A stretch of 51,992 bases of DNA, from contig ADNK01003021.1 of NCBI GenBank assembly GCA_000320545.1, positions 1 through 51,992 of the forward strand, given 5' to 3'. Origin of the DNA: Bigelowiella natans CCMP2755 (taxonomy: Eukaryota > Protista > Cercozoa). The stretch's first letter is position 1. Each line of letters opens with the position of its first letter. Shown here in pieces: positions 1 to 12,978 of the stretch. The translations under genes and the position numbers were made by a program. The notes beneath the pieces are model-generated. The model saw only the letters and a list, made by a program, of their open reading frames with translations, did not search any database and had not been told where the DNA came from.

Positions 1-177
1 ATCAATGGGTAGCTATTTTCATCATATGTATATATGCACCTGCTGCTTGCATATGAAGATTCTCGCATGCTTCTAACCCCTCAATATTCTCGGAGCTCGC
101 ATGTGTTTACTACTACTCCGGGGGGATCAATCGATACAGCAGCGTAACATAATGCCCCCACCAAACAAATCATCTAG

Positions 178-399
178 GTTCGACGTCACGAAGTCCACAG
201 AAGCGGAAGAAGAGAAAAAGAAAATGGTCAAACGTCTTCATACGATTTTGAGGCCTTTCCTGCTACGGAGGCTGAAAAAGGTGGTGGTGGTGGTGGTGTA
301 GCATAAGTATCATCTTCCTAGTCGAGAATCCATCGATCATTGCTGTCATTCCCATTATCTTCATCATCATCATCATCATCATTATCATCATTATCTCTC

Positions 400-432
<33 letters not shown>

Positions 433-667
433 CTTCTTCTAGGACGTGGAGACGGATCTTCCCCCCAAGGTAGAGATGAAGGTCTTCACAGGGCTCTCCG
501 TTATGCAGAAGGCGTGGTACACCAAACTCCTGGAAAGAGACATCGACACCATCAACTCAAAGTCGGGCTCTAGGATGCGGCTACTGAACATAGTCATGCA
601 ACTGAGAAAGGTCCTGATGTTCGCCGTGTTGCTTACATGTTCATTTTGCAGTAATGTCTATCTTTCC

Positions 668-704
<37 letters not shown>

Positions 705-1253
705 CTCACTCCCCCCCTCCCCCCACCAATCTCTCCTGTATTGATGTTTCTATTATGATCGTCATCGATCGAGCAGGTGTGCAACCATCCGTACTTGTTT
801 AAAGGGGCGGAAGAGGGGCCACCATACTTTGAAGGTAGTAGGTGGTAGAAGTAGTAAGTAGTAGCTGGATGATGATGATGATGATGATCGTTGGTTTGCT
901 ACGTCTATCTCCCATCAGGAGAACATATTGTGGAGAATTGTGGAAAGATGGTGTTGCTCGACAAGCTGCTCAAGCGGCTCAAAGAACGTGGCTCTCGCGT
1001 CCTCATCTTCAGCACGATGACTCGTACTACCAACCAACCTGCGAGAATAGATTGAGATAATGAAGATGGTGCAAGTGTCATGATGATGATGATGATGATG
1101 ATGTCCAAAGGAGCGATCCGATGAAGATGTATATATTCGTATTATTCGCATGAAGAAAGCGTGCTAATGCTCTGACTCTCCCCTCCTCTGTTATTCAAGG
1201 CCTGCTTTTCGTTTTCTCCTCATTTAATCTTCCTCTTCTTTTTATTCTTCTAT

Positions 1254-1299
<46 letters not shown>

Positions 1300-1449
1300 C
1301 TTGGGGTGCTTCTTCTTGTGCTGCTGGTGGTGGTGGTGGCTAAAGGAATGCTGGATATATTGGAAGACTACTGTCGTTACCGTCGGTACCGCTACTGCAG
1401 GATCGATGGCCAGACTGCTCAGCTTGATAGAGACTCGCAGATGGACGTA

Positions 1450-1492
<43 letters not shown>

Positions 1493-1964
1493 GTGTGCTG
1501 CGTGTTTCGGTAAAGCCGTCGTCACTGGAATCATCCTACTTTAAAATCCCCTTTATTATTACTATTGATAGCATGCTTACTGCGTGATGATAGGTCTTCA
1601 ATGCGCCTGATTCTTCCAAGTTCATCTTCCTCCTCTCAACCCGTGCTGGAGGTGAAAGCAGACAACACCACCACCACCACCACCTCTCTTCACATACCTA
1701 CATGCCTATCTTCTTTGCCGCTTTGCACAATCTCCTTCTTTATTTCGCATCGCTTCGTAGTTGTTTGCACGCTCTTCCACCCCCTTTCTTCCCCTGTCGT
1801 GGTATTGTGACAACACAGCATTATAAAGCACAAGAAAGCACAAGAAAGCACAACACAACAACACAACAACACCTCCTCCGACACTCCTTGTGAATACTTT
1901 CTCCTGGCTCTTTCTTCTCTCAGGTCTGGGAATCAATCTTCAGACTGCAGATACAGTGGTCACG

Positions 1965-2034
<70 letters not shown>

Positions 2035-2222
2035 ATTGCCAAACATACGCATAAAATGCATGTATGAATGCAGTGGTCGGAGATCCCCTATTTTCCCGCA
2101 GCACCAACGGGTTTTGAAAAGAAGGAATTAAAGATTGAAAATGAAATGAAAACACACAGGTGCTGTACGACTCCGACTGGAACCCTCAGATGGACCTCCA
2201 GGCGATGGATAGAGCGCACCGT

Positions 2223-2256
<34 letters not shown>

Positions 2257-2326
2257 CATTAGCACGCAATGCTGCTGCAGCGAAACGACGATTGAGACCA
2301 AGAACCCACACACACACACACGCACG

Positions 2327-2363
<37 letters not shown>

Positions 2364-2758
2364 CAACAGAAAACCAACCAAAGCACTGAGATAACAAAAT
2401 AATTGTACCATCATCATCACCATCATCACCATCATCTTTCTCATCATCATCGTCGTCATTATTGTCATCAAAGCTTTGTCAGCTTAAGCGATTTCTCTCA
2501 ACTCTCTGTTGTCGATTACCCTCTCCCCCCCCCCCCCCCTGATGGCACCAATGATGTCGCTGCTGCTTCACTCAGTGACCGCTCCTCACTGCCACCAAAG
2601 ACAAGCCATAAATTGTCACCAAAATACAACAAAACAACGACAGGTATTGGGCAAAAGAAGCCAGTGAACGTGTACCGATTCGTCACCGACGGGACTGTTG
2701 AAGTTAAGGTAATAAATAGCCACCCATCCCCTTGTTTGTTGTTTCAATTGTGCGTGTT

Positions 2759-2789
<31 letters not shown>

Positions 2790-2903
2790 ATTATTAGGTT
2801 GTTGAAAGGGCATACAAGAAGCTGTTTCTCAACGCTGTTGTTATCCGGGAAGGCCGGTATGCCATACACATGCATATGCATGCTGCACGAATCATCAATC
2901 AAC

Positions 2904-2935
<32 letters not shown>

Positions 2936-4110
2936 TCATGATGATACATATAATATATGCACGGAGTGATAAAGCAAGTCATCTACTATTACTGCTCTTT
3001 TCGTCGTAATCGGTGGATGATGATTTGTGAGGAGGAGGAGCTGCTGTGTAATATGCATCTAACTAAAAATAATAATAACCGCACAGACTACAGGAGAAAA
3101 GCAAGGGACTGAAATCAAACGAGTTGATGAAGATGGTTAGAATAGCAGAGTAGTGTGAAGTAGTAGTGGTAGTAGCAGCAGCAGCAGCAGTGGGGAAGGC
3201 CACTGAAGATGAGAAAGAAAACAACTGCTCCGTTATTGGTGTGATTGCTAAGGACCTGATGAGTCTGTACGTGAAACACTTTGGGAACTATTCTCATCCA
3301 CAGCATCATTTCAAATGCCAAACGCTGAGCCCCCCTCTCCCCTCCTGATGATCATTACCACCAATCTTGAAACCATCGTCAGGTTCGGTTTGGAGCGAAG
3401 GAGATATTCCGATCCAAAGAGGCAACGGTCTCAGAAGAAGACATTGATGAGATTCTCAAAAGAAGTGAAGAACGCACGAAACAGGTAGCTGAGGAGGAGT
3501 GACATGCTGCTAGTAAGATGCTGCTTGCCGCCGTTTGATATTGGCCATGCTGCCTCTGCTGCATGAGGGGATTGCTGATCGAATACCGTTTAACATTTAT
3601 GCGGTTTTTGTTCATAAGAAAGCTTTTGCACGGCAATCTCTCGTTTGTTGGACGAATTGATTCTGTTGTGAACAGTGTTGCTGCTTCTAATCGTTACTTC
3701 TACCTACTACTACTACAATGCAGGACGAAGAGGAGATTAAGGGCTCCTACGATGCTTCCTTGCGAGACTTTTCCCTCGACGTCACGGTAGCGATCATGGA
3801 TGGCGATTATGATGATGATGATGATGATGATGATAGTTATGTCGCATGATGAGGATGATGAAAATCATGTATTTGCTCATCAAGAGCAGCAACAATCATG
3901 TATGTGACCATCAAGAGTAGCAATAAGGGTCACAATAAATACACCTCATACTACTACTACTACTGCGCCTACAAATTACAACCAACCCTCCTCTCTCCCT
4001 CCCCCTCCCTTCCTCCCTCTTCATCTCACTCCTTTTGCAGGATCAGGATTTCCAAACATTCGAGGGCAAAAGCTACTCAAAGACCACTCAGGATATGGTG
4101 AAAGCGAGAG

Positions 4111-4146
<36 letters not shown>

Positions 4147-4877
4147 GGAGAGAAAGAAAGAGATGGGGGGCAAGGAAGGAGAGAAGGGGTGGGGAGGAAA
4201 AGAGGCTCTCTTCTCTATAGCAAATGCTCGTCGCGAGTGGTAGTAACAGGGGGGGTGGGCGGGGTCGCACAAAGCTTTTCTGTCGTAATTTCTTGTATAT
4301 TCTGTGACACGCTTCTTATGTATTTTTTAAGTATAAATAGCATGATTGACTCGCATGATCATGTTGAGTGTTAATCTGCTGTTATCGTCCACCTATTTCA
4401 TCGTAGACCGGATGGTTCATAGCGCCCTCCAAACGTGAGAGGAAAATAATCAACTACAAGCCGCCGGGGTTGGATGCAATTACTGTATTAGTTTTTGTAT
4501 GGTAGGAGGGGTTAATCTCGTCATCATCGTTCTTTGCATCCCGTTCATGCTCTTTATCCTCTCTCCACCTTTCACACGCGCACGTACTCATAATCATAAT
4601 CTGTCTTCGTCGCCATGACCGCCTCCCCTATCCTCCCCCTCCCCCCACTACTACTCCAAGAAGCGGTTCTGGGTTCGTCTCATCGAAGAAGAAGTTCAAA
4701 GCTACTCTGCGGTATGACTTCCAGTTCTTCCAGAGAGAAAGGCTTGCTCAGTTAGAAGAGAAGATATGGAAGGTAGTGCTCATTTGCATGCACTTATTCT
4801 GTGTAGGATGCATGCCGATAGTAGTAGTAGTGATCGTACGAGTAGTATATGTAGTAGTAGCAGCAGTGGGTCATCAT

Positions 4878-4917
<40 letters not shown>

Positions 4918-5389
4918 GTACTTATTTCCTATGTTGCTGCTGTTCCAAATAATATCTCTCCTCCCTCCCTCCCTCCCTCCCTCCCTCCCTTCTTCCAGGC
5001 GAAGAAAGACTACACAGAGCGTGTGAGAGAGGAGAAGAAGCGCAAGAAGATGCAGGCAAAGCTAGGTAGGCAGTCACACACATACTCGAGAACACGGAAG
5101 GTGTTGCTGCTCTCTGGCTGGTTGAGGATGCATGCAGCCTTAAGACCGAACCCCATGCACAGGCATGCATGTAGAGAAATTACGGTGCTGTGTATTCCAG
5201 CATCACTCCTCGCCGCCTTTTCAAAAATACGTTGTAGATTACTACTGGAATGGTGATGATGATGATGATAATAATACCGTGTGATCATGATCGCTATTGC
5301 ATCTGCTTGCTTCCTTCCCCGATTTCCTCGTGATTGCTCCACCATCATCGGTGTGTATGTGACAGAGCGTCAGCGGAAAAGGGCCGAGA

Positions 5390-5424
<35 letters not shown>

Positions 5425-6208
5425 ACTTCTGAGAACGACGAGGAAGATGATGTTGATGGTGATGATGATGGAGCCAAATCAGCTAAGAAAGAAGAAGAGG
5501 GCCAGGAGGTTGTAACCAAACAATTAGAAGACGGAAAAGGCGGTGGAGAAGGAGGAGGAGGAGGAGGAGGAGGAGGAGGAGAAGCGGGTACAAACGCTGC
5601 TGGTGGTGCCTCTTCTTCCTCCAAAATGGAGGTTGAGGAAACGACCACGGCAGCAGTGAAAGCAGAGGCTGCTAGTGCCGTGAAGAAGGAAGGAGGGGTT
5701 GAGGGGACGGAGCCAAAGAAGAAAGATGGTGAGAAGAACGACGAATCAAGTGGTGGTAGTGGTAGTGGTAGCGGTAGTAGCAGCACGCTGAAAAAGGAAG
5801 AAGATGACAGCGAGAAAGGAGACCAGAAGCAGAAGAAGCAGAAGGTGGAAAAGAGTGCAGACAAGGCCGACATTGAGGATGCTGCTGCTGCTGGTGATGA
5901 TGACGAGGATATTGATGACATCGATGATGATGTTGTTGAGGAGGAGGAGGAGGAGGAAGAAGGAAAGGCGGGAGGAGGCGATGAGAAATCAACATCTACA
6001 ATGCCCAAGTTTTTAAGTGACGAGGAGCAGAAGGAGAAGGATGAATTGGAAGAAGAAGGGTTGCCTTAGCTAATAGCTAATAATAACAGATCAAAAAAAT
6101 AAATAAATGTTGATATAATCTAATGATCTCCTGTTTGCACACATACATGCATAGAGACTTCTTCGTTCGTTGTGACCTACATCCACAATCCGTACCGTCG
6201 CCATCGGC

Positions 6209-6244
<36 letters not shown>

Positions 6245-6462
6245 GCCTCCTAATTGTCTGTGACCGCTGCTGCTCTCTTTCCGTCTTCCAAAGGTTTCGG
6301 AACTGGACAAAGCAAAACCTCAACGATTTCGTTAATGCATGCGCGACTTATGGTAAAACGATGATGATGATGATGATGATGAGGATGATGAGATCATTAT
6401 GGGTTCAATCCTGGTAGGATTTGGATTTCTTATGCTCAGCTTCCTGTTGATTTGTTCCGCAG

Positions 6463-6499
<37 letters not shown>

Positions 6500-6864
6500 G
6501 CTTCTTATGAATTCTGTTCCATTCTTTTTTTTGTCCTACTACCTGCTCATCAGGGCGTGATGATCTTGAAACAATCAAAAACGAGGTCTGTTCTGCACCT
6601 GAGTACATAAATAATACACACGGATGGGAAATTCGCTTTTCTTCACAATTGCCTCTAGTTGTTTCGTATCCCCTTCCTCCCCTTCTTTGTACTCGATATT
6701 CTCCTCCTCTCCTCCTCCTCCTCAAATCTGTCTTTTTGTTCTCAGGTCACAGATCAGTCTCCAGAGGAGGTGGAGAGGTACTACCACACCTTCTGGCCTG
6801 AAGGATACTTGCAACTCAAAGATGCAAAGAGAATCATCTCCAAGGTGTGTGTGTATAGGTGTGT

Positions 6865-6907
<43 letters not shown>

Positions 6908-7917
6908 TACGATGCTCCTCCTTTATGATCGATCGTCTAGGAGGATACATTGCATAATGTTTGCTTTTGTTGGAACGCATAGTTAGCGAAATGGCAACAT
7001 ATAGGCAGTGTAATGAAAACAACTAGAATAGTACCAATGAATGCGTCGTTGGTGCTGCAGACTGAATATGTAGCAGCCTTGTCCCTGGCTAGAGACCATG
7101 ATGTTGTTATACTCTGGTGTCTCCTCCTCCTCCTCCTCCTCCTCCTCCTCCTCCTGTTTAATGTTGATTGCTCCCTAATCTTCAGATTGAGAAAGGTGAG
7201 AAGAAGCTCGCCGCCATTGAGGCAGATCGTGAGGCACTCGCTGCAAAGGTATGCATTATTTGTGGAGGGGTGAGTACGACTTCCGAAAACGATCTTCCGC
7301 GACCTGGCTTTCTGTGCCCTTGCCAGATATCATCTGTAGTTTCTTGTCGCGGTGGTCGTTTATGTCCATGACTATGCTTGGGATGTATACATTCTCACCC
7401 CCATCCATCCATTCATTCTCATCCATTCATTCTGCTGCTGCTGTTGTCGTAGATCGCGAGACACAAAAAGCCCTTGCAGACGCTTTCGCTGCCTTATCCG
7501 AATAACACATCTAACAAAGGCTCAAAAGGTATCATCCATCCCAGTGGTTCTTAAGTAGGGGGGGGGTGGGGGGGCGATATCGAAGCGCATGTTATTATCT
7601 CAAGGTGAGAGAGGTGGGGGGAGAGAAGAAATACTGATGGTTTTGGTCCTCACACTGCATTCATGCAATATCATAGAATAGAAATCATCATCGTTTGCAA
7701 CGATATGGGGTTGATTAGTTCCCTTTTACCGACTTCCATTCTTCCTCTTCTTTCTCTATTGCTCTTCTTTCTCTATTGCTCGCTTGTGTTGATTCTTCGT
7801 CCTTTTGCTCTATGCCCCCCCCACCCCTTCCCTCCGTAAAGGCTTTTCGGCTGAGGAGGACAGATTCTTGGTGTATCAAATGCATCATCTTGGGTAGAAC
7901 AACCGATTACAAACATA

Positions 7918-7975
<58 letters not shown>

Positions 7976-8053
7976 CATTGTTTCTCGTTTCATATATATT
8001 ATACATTTTTGTCCAGCTGTTCGAGGATGCCGCCTTAGTACAATACATGTATA

Positions 8054-8095
<42 letters not shown>

Positions 8096-9103
8096 TTATC
8101 CTGAGCCATCCTTTTAATGGTTATGACACACGATTATTGTTACTTCTATACCTAGCTACGGCAATTGGGAGCAGATACAGTTTGCCATCCGCAATTCTTG
8201 GCAGTTTCGCTTCAACTGGTAGATACACAATTATACACTGTGTGTGTGTGTGTGTGAGTGTGTGTGTGAAAGAGAGAGTGTACGTATGTTAGTGCGCAAA
8301 TGATAGTGAGAATGGTACGTAAAAAATAAAGAACCAAAAGCTTCTGTGTTTCCACACACACACACACACACACACACAACACGTCTCTTCTAGGTTTATA
8401 AAATCACGAAACACAAAGGAGCTTTCTCAGCGATGCAAAAAACTCCTCGACCTCGTCAAGGAAGATAATCGAAAGTCGGTTTCAATGCATAGAATAGCAA
8501 TGGTGCAAAGAAACAAGCAGCGGCAGCAGCAACTACAAAACAAGGCTAAATAATTTTCTGCAAATTGGGATTTGGACTCTATTATTTTCATGATTTCACC
8601 TTCTTCACCCTCTGGCTACTACCTAGGTTTGAGGAGCAGCAAAAGAAAAAGAAAGGGAAGAAGCGGGGTGAGTAATAAATGGTTGTGCGTATGGTGGGGA
8701 TAGTAGAAAAAGAACACAGTCTTACATTTTTCATTTTTTCCCACGCAAAACGACGACCGTCGATTGCTGTGAATCACGCCGCCATTCTCACAAAAAATGG
8801 CGAGTGTGGAAGGATAATTTACGAATGCAACAAATAAACTTCCTCCTCGAATACAATAGGCTCGACGGGATCGAAAAAAAAGAAAGCAGCTTCAGGTAGC
8901 AGCTTTTCGCCTTATCTGTGAATTTAGTGCATTAGGGTTACCAATATTCATCAAGCCATTTCCTCAAAGTCCTCCTTGCCATATTCTCATGGGCTCTCTT
9001 CACACTATTACTGCTTCGACTAAATAATGTGTTAGGAGCTGCTGGAAATAAGCGAAAGCGTGGTGGCTCTGCAAGGTCTTCCGGCCGGAAAAAACGAAAG
9101 TAA
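178..9103 (+). CDS. ISWI: ISWI-subfamily SNF2 chromatin-remodelling ATPase (helicase C lobe, HAND-SANT-SLIDE); 5' part lies upstream of the window; ~29 exons in window
   Basis: Manually spliced GT-AG exons give [15 protein letters not shown]|[24 protein letters not shown]|[14 protein letters not shown]|[29 protein letters not shown]|[18 protein letters not shown]|[10 protein letters not shown]|[12 protein letters not shown]|[20 protein letters not shown]|[15 protein letters not shown]. These are followed by HAND (YDFQFF), SANT ([24 protein letters not shown]) and SLIDE ([29 protein letters not shown]). Lys/Arg-rich tail ends at TAA 9101-9103. Confidence 0.95.
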
Positions 9104-10186
9104 TAAACAACGTATCTATCATTTGTTGTGGTTGTCAACTTGGTCTCGATTTGATACAGTGCGCATATGAGAAGTAAGTCTCGTTCATAACACGTATTGC
9201 CACTAGATGAAGCTTGATATGTGACTTGTGTTAAGTTCGTGTGGTTTTGTTTGCATTTACCGAGTTGCCGTCGCTATATGTACATTCCATGTGGATGCAA
9301 TAAGTTATTAGATTGTACGCATGCTGTCGGTATGCAGCTACATCACGCAACGTGACACGTGTCGCTACGCTAGTCTAGTAGTGCGATGCACATTCCAAGC
9401 TAGCTAAAAATTAATCACAATTGCATTTAAAAAATCCGACGCGCGTATCGTTGCTAGCATGTTTAGACGTCACAGCGCAAGCTGCTAGTGGTAACACCTT
9501 TATTGCTCTTACATACACCATGAGCAGTTTCGCGACACACGCGAGCACTGTAGACAGCATGGGGCTCTGAACAAATTTAATTCAATTTATTACATCCGTT
9601 TTACATGCACATAGCATATGTAGCCGTGCTACACCGCTTGCGTGTGCCTGCAGGCGGCGGACTGTGTGTGCGTGTGCACATCTAATAGCGCTGTGTGCGT
9701 GTGCACTTTCATAGCTGCTAAGCAATCGGGTGCCTCCACTTGACAAATCAAAATGATTGCTGCACGAGCCAAATTGGTCACAGCAGCAGGCTTGTTACTG
9801 AAGCTCATTCGTATTCATGCAAAGGATCACATTGAACAAATTAATTGCAATGCTATGTCTCTAATTAGCCCCTGAAATACCCGTGATTTTTATTAGCAAA
9901 AGAGCGCTAAAGTTGAGCGTGAGTGATTTAAAGTACCATCCAACTACCACACGAACGACACAAGATGCACGTTAAGAAATTGAATAGAGACTGCAAATTG
10001 GATGAATTATCCTTTTGCCGTTCGTTAAATGCCCCCAACTTGACCGACCATTTGAGAAGGAACTAGGTGAACATCCTCAACTCATAGCTTGTTTCGTTGT
10101 CCATACGAGACAATGCTGTTCGACGTGGTTGACATGGTCCACCTAGATGTTCAATTTCCAATTTCTTCCATCCATACGTTTGTTTG

Positions 10187-11111
10187 TCAAATAGAAACGC
10201 CACCAGGACATACCAACATGCAACATTGAATGAAGTTGTACAATAGATTCAATGAGCAAAATACCAGAATAGCGATGTAGTATCCCCACTGCGTCACAAC
10301 CTCTTCTCCAAGATAGTCAAATGTTTCATTTGTAGTAGGATCAGAGCACTTTTCATCAAGCACTGCATGGAAAAATGCAACTGATGCTTGCAAGAGCGTG
10401 AATGTGACCACAGTCGGGATAAACGTTGCAGTGGAACAACAAGTGGTTACGATAAGATAAATCGTATTCGCGAATTCCCCATTTTTAAATCCTTGATAAA
10501 CGAGGATTAGCTTGATTATAAATTCAATGATCCCACAAATAAGAGTTACAACCATGCAAGTTTCGATTCCATTCACAATTGTTCCAACATTATAAGCTTG
10601 TTCTCTGCTGTATGAGCAAGATTCCTTCCAAAGAATCTCATTTCGCGAATGAAATGACCATTTGACAGTTGAGGATCCGCTATCGGATGCATAGATATAT
10701 GAGCTACTATCCACTGAATCACCCCAGTTTCCATCATAGAACGTTTCTTCGTTGAGCGTGTCGATCTGTTCATAGCGAGAATCTAATCCATTACAGTGCC
10801 CAAATGTAGGATGCAGTGTTGAGTATGGATTTTCGTTAGTAGTGCAAATTCCGAAAATTCGGAAACTGCACTTTGATCCTGAAACGGCACTCGACGACGA
10901 GGTGGCTTTAGCTTTTCCTCCATACACACTATTGTTCCGAACGCCGTCAAAATCATAAGTATCACCGGAATCCTTCTGGAAAAGGTTTTTGCCTGTCTTT
11001 TTACAGTACCCACCCTCACCAGTTTCAAATTCAAGAATCGGTAGCGGAACCTATAACAATTAAGCAAGATCATCAATGTTCCTGGTAAGGCGTAGCACAC
11101 ACATCCGTACA

Positions 11112-11160
<49 letters not shown>

Positions 11161-11874
11161 GCATGTTCACTTCCACGCCTGCACCCCTTCCCTCGTCTCA
11201 TTGATGATTACATTGGTACTGTTGAGTGAAGACCTCTGGAAATAGAAGGTAGTTCCATCTGCTAAAGTAAGTATTGTTTGCGGTGACGCTCCACTTGTCT
11301 TAGACAGTCCAACCATTGGGCAATTTTCTGTCGAGTCAAACCACAGAGTTCCAGAGTCCGCTGTCTGTCCGCAACTTTTGTATCCAGAGGTTTGCTCTGT
11401 TGGACGGTCCTTCGCATTCACACCTGCGCGCCGGATGCATATTTTACTACCTCTCCATGCATAGAAGCTCAAGTCAGAAGTTGTATTTTTTTCTGTTCCA
11501 CTTCTGGTCGATGTGGGTGTATCACAGTAAAAATCGTATTCCACATCATCTTCTTCGCACTTGACTAACTGTGTTTTCAGCTTGCCAAATCCGATAGCAT
11601 TATAACCGCTTGCACAATTAGACGACACTGATACAGCTGCAACATCCACTATTGGTTTGAGCGTCCAATTATCGGAAATTCGGCCGTATTCATCTGAATG
11701 CTTACTCCACTCGACGTACGCTATGATTGCGAGAACGACAGAGGCGATTCTGAAGCAGAGCCCACAACATACACTGAGGGGGCTAGTTCCATCATCATAT
11801 TCTCCATCTCCTCCTCGAAGAGGATGGCTGTGCTCAGGTTCATCCTCGCACTTTCCGTCATGAACGAGGCTCAT
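10187..11874 (-). CDS. Uncharacterised Cys-rich multi-pass membrane protein; 2 exons (approx. 11874-11185 and 11050-10187)
   Basis: ORFs 11167-11874 and 10187-10927 join in frame across a (CT)n-containing intron (..ETREG|VPLPILEFETGEGGYC..). N-terminal TM (IASVVLAIIAYVEW), large Cys-rich ectodomain with N-glycosylation sequons, three C-terminal hydrophobic helices. Confidence 0.8.
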
Positions 11875-11979
11875 GGAGCCTTTCGAGGAGGAGTTCCAAA
11901 ACTGTATCCTTTCTCCAGGAGGAACTCCGGAGGGGGAAAAAAAAACGTTCTAAAATATTAACCGTTACTCGTTCGTTAT

Positions 11980-12775
11980 GATGTTGGCCATTTGGCATGT
12001 CGTAGCATCCTCACTCGACGTCGATCGAGCGTCTTTGATCGGATTTGACCGGGGTTTGACCGATTTTTCATGTCTCCGTCTGGCCCTCTCCGTCCAAAAG
12101 AAATGAAGGGATGATGATGATGATGATTGTGTGCCTGTTCAGCGCACATGACTCTTGCCACACTTTGGAAATGTAGTTTTTCATCATTGTTCTCATTGTT
12201 CTCAGCGCACATGACCTTTTTCTGGTCAACAGAATTGCACTGCGAAGGGTTGGATGCATTGGCTCTTCGTGCGCCACTGACATGTGCGTGGATCAGCAAC
12301 ATTGCAGGCTCAAACTGGAGTGCACTGAAGCAAAAAAGGGATCTAGCTTCCTCATCGTTGCGTTTGGAATTGCCCTTGGCGAGTGTTGTTGGAGCTCAGC
12401 ACAGTTCTGCCATCCGCAGCTGTGCGAATCCTGTCAAGGCTCCCGCCAGCAGCATCAAGTTGCAAAGTGACAGAGATGCTCAGATCTCAATTCAGAGATG
12501 CTTGCGCGCGGCTACACTGCCACATCTTTCGCAAGCTGAGTGCCACGCGTCACGATGCATTGCGTTTCACGTTGCGTTTCTTGTTGCTTGCATGCACTCT
12601 GACGAAAGTTCTGCTGCATGCCACTTCGAAAATTGCTAAGTGGCGCTGCGCAACACCTGCTGGATGCACACGTAGATCGGGACATCATGTTGCTGTGGTT
12701 TGGGTTTCATCATCCATGTTTGTGCGTTTGTTGTGTGAAACATGCATGAGGAGCTTTGATGGAACCAAAATCAGA
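11980..12775. other. TpA-depleted intergenic island 1
   Basis: Manual scan found 6 TpA in ~795 nt, all in CTA or TAG context; TG/CA-rich. Confidence 0.9.
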
Positions 12776-12978
12776 TACTGATCCTTGCCTTAACGGCAAC
12801 AATTTGTAACATCAACACAAAATTTCGTGCGTTGTTAGCAAAACAAAGACAGGGAGATCCATAATTAATAGCTTGGTTTGAACTCGTCATCATCCTGCTG
12901 TAGGCTGAGTCCCAGCGAAACCTTCATGCAAATATACCCTGTGCAGATAACCCAACCATTTCATGTTGTATCCAAAAT

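Noticed and set aside
1005-1023. ISWI motif IV reads IFSTMT rather than IFSQMT
   Set aside because: Thr at this position occurs in other active SNF2 proteins (e.g. plant BRM-type FSTMT), so it is not evidence of inactivity.
5370-6008. 212-aa antisense ORF
   Set aside because: Shadow of the low-complexity ISWI exon.
11976-12781. Overlapping ORFs of 108-170 aa on both strands
   Set aside because: Explained by loss of TAA/TAG stops in the TpA-depleted island; translations are Cys/His/Ala-rich, nearly Tyr-free and motif-free.
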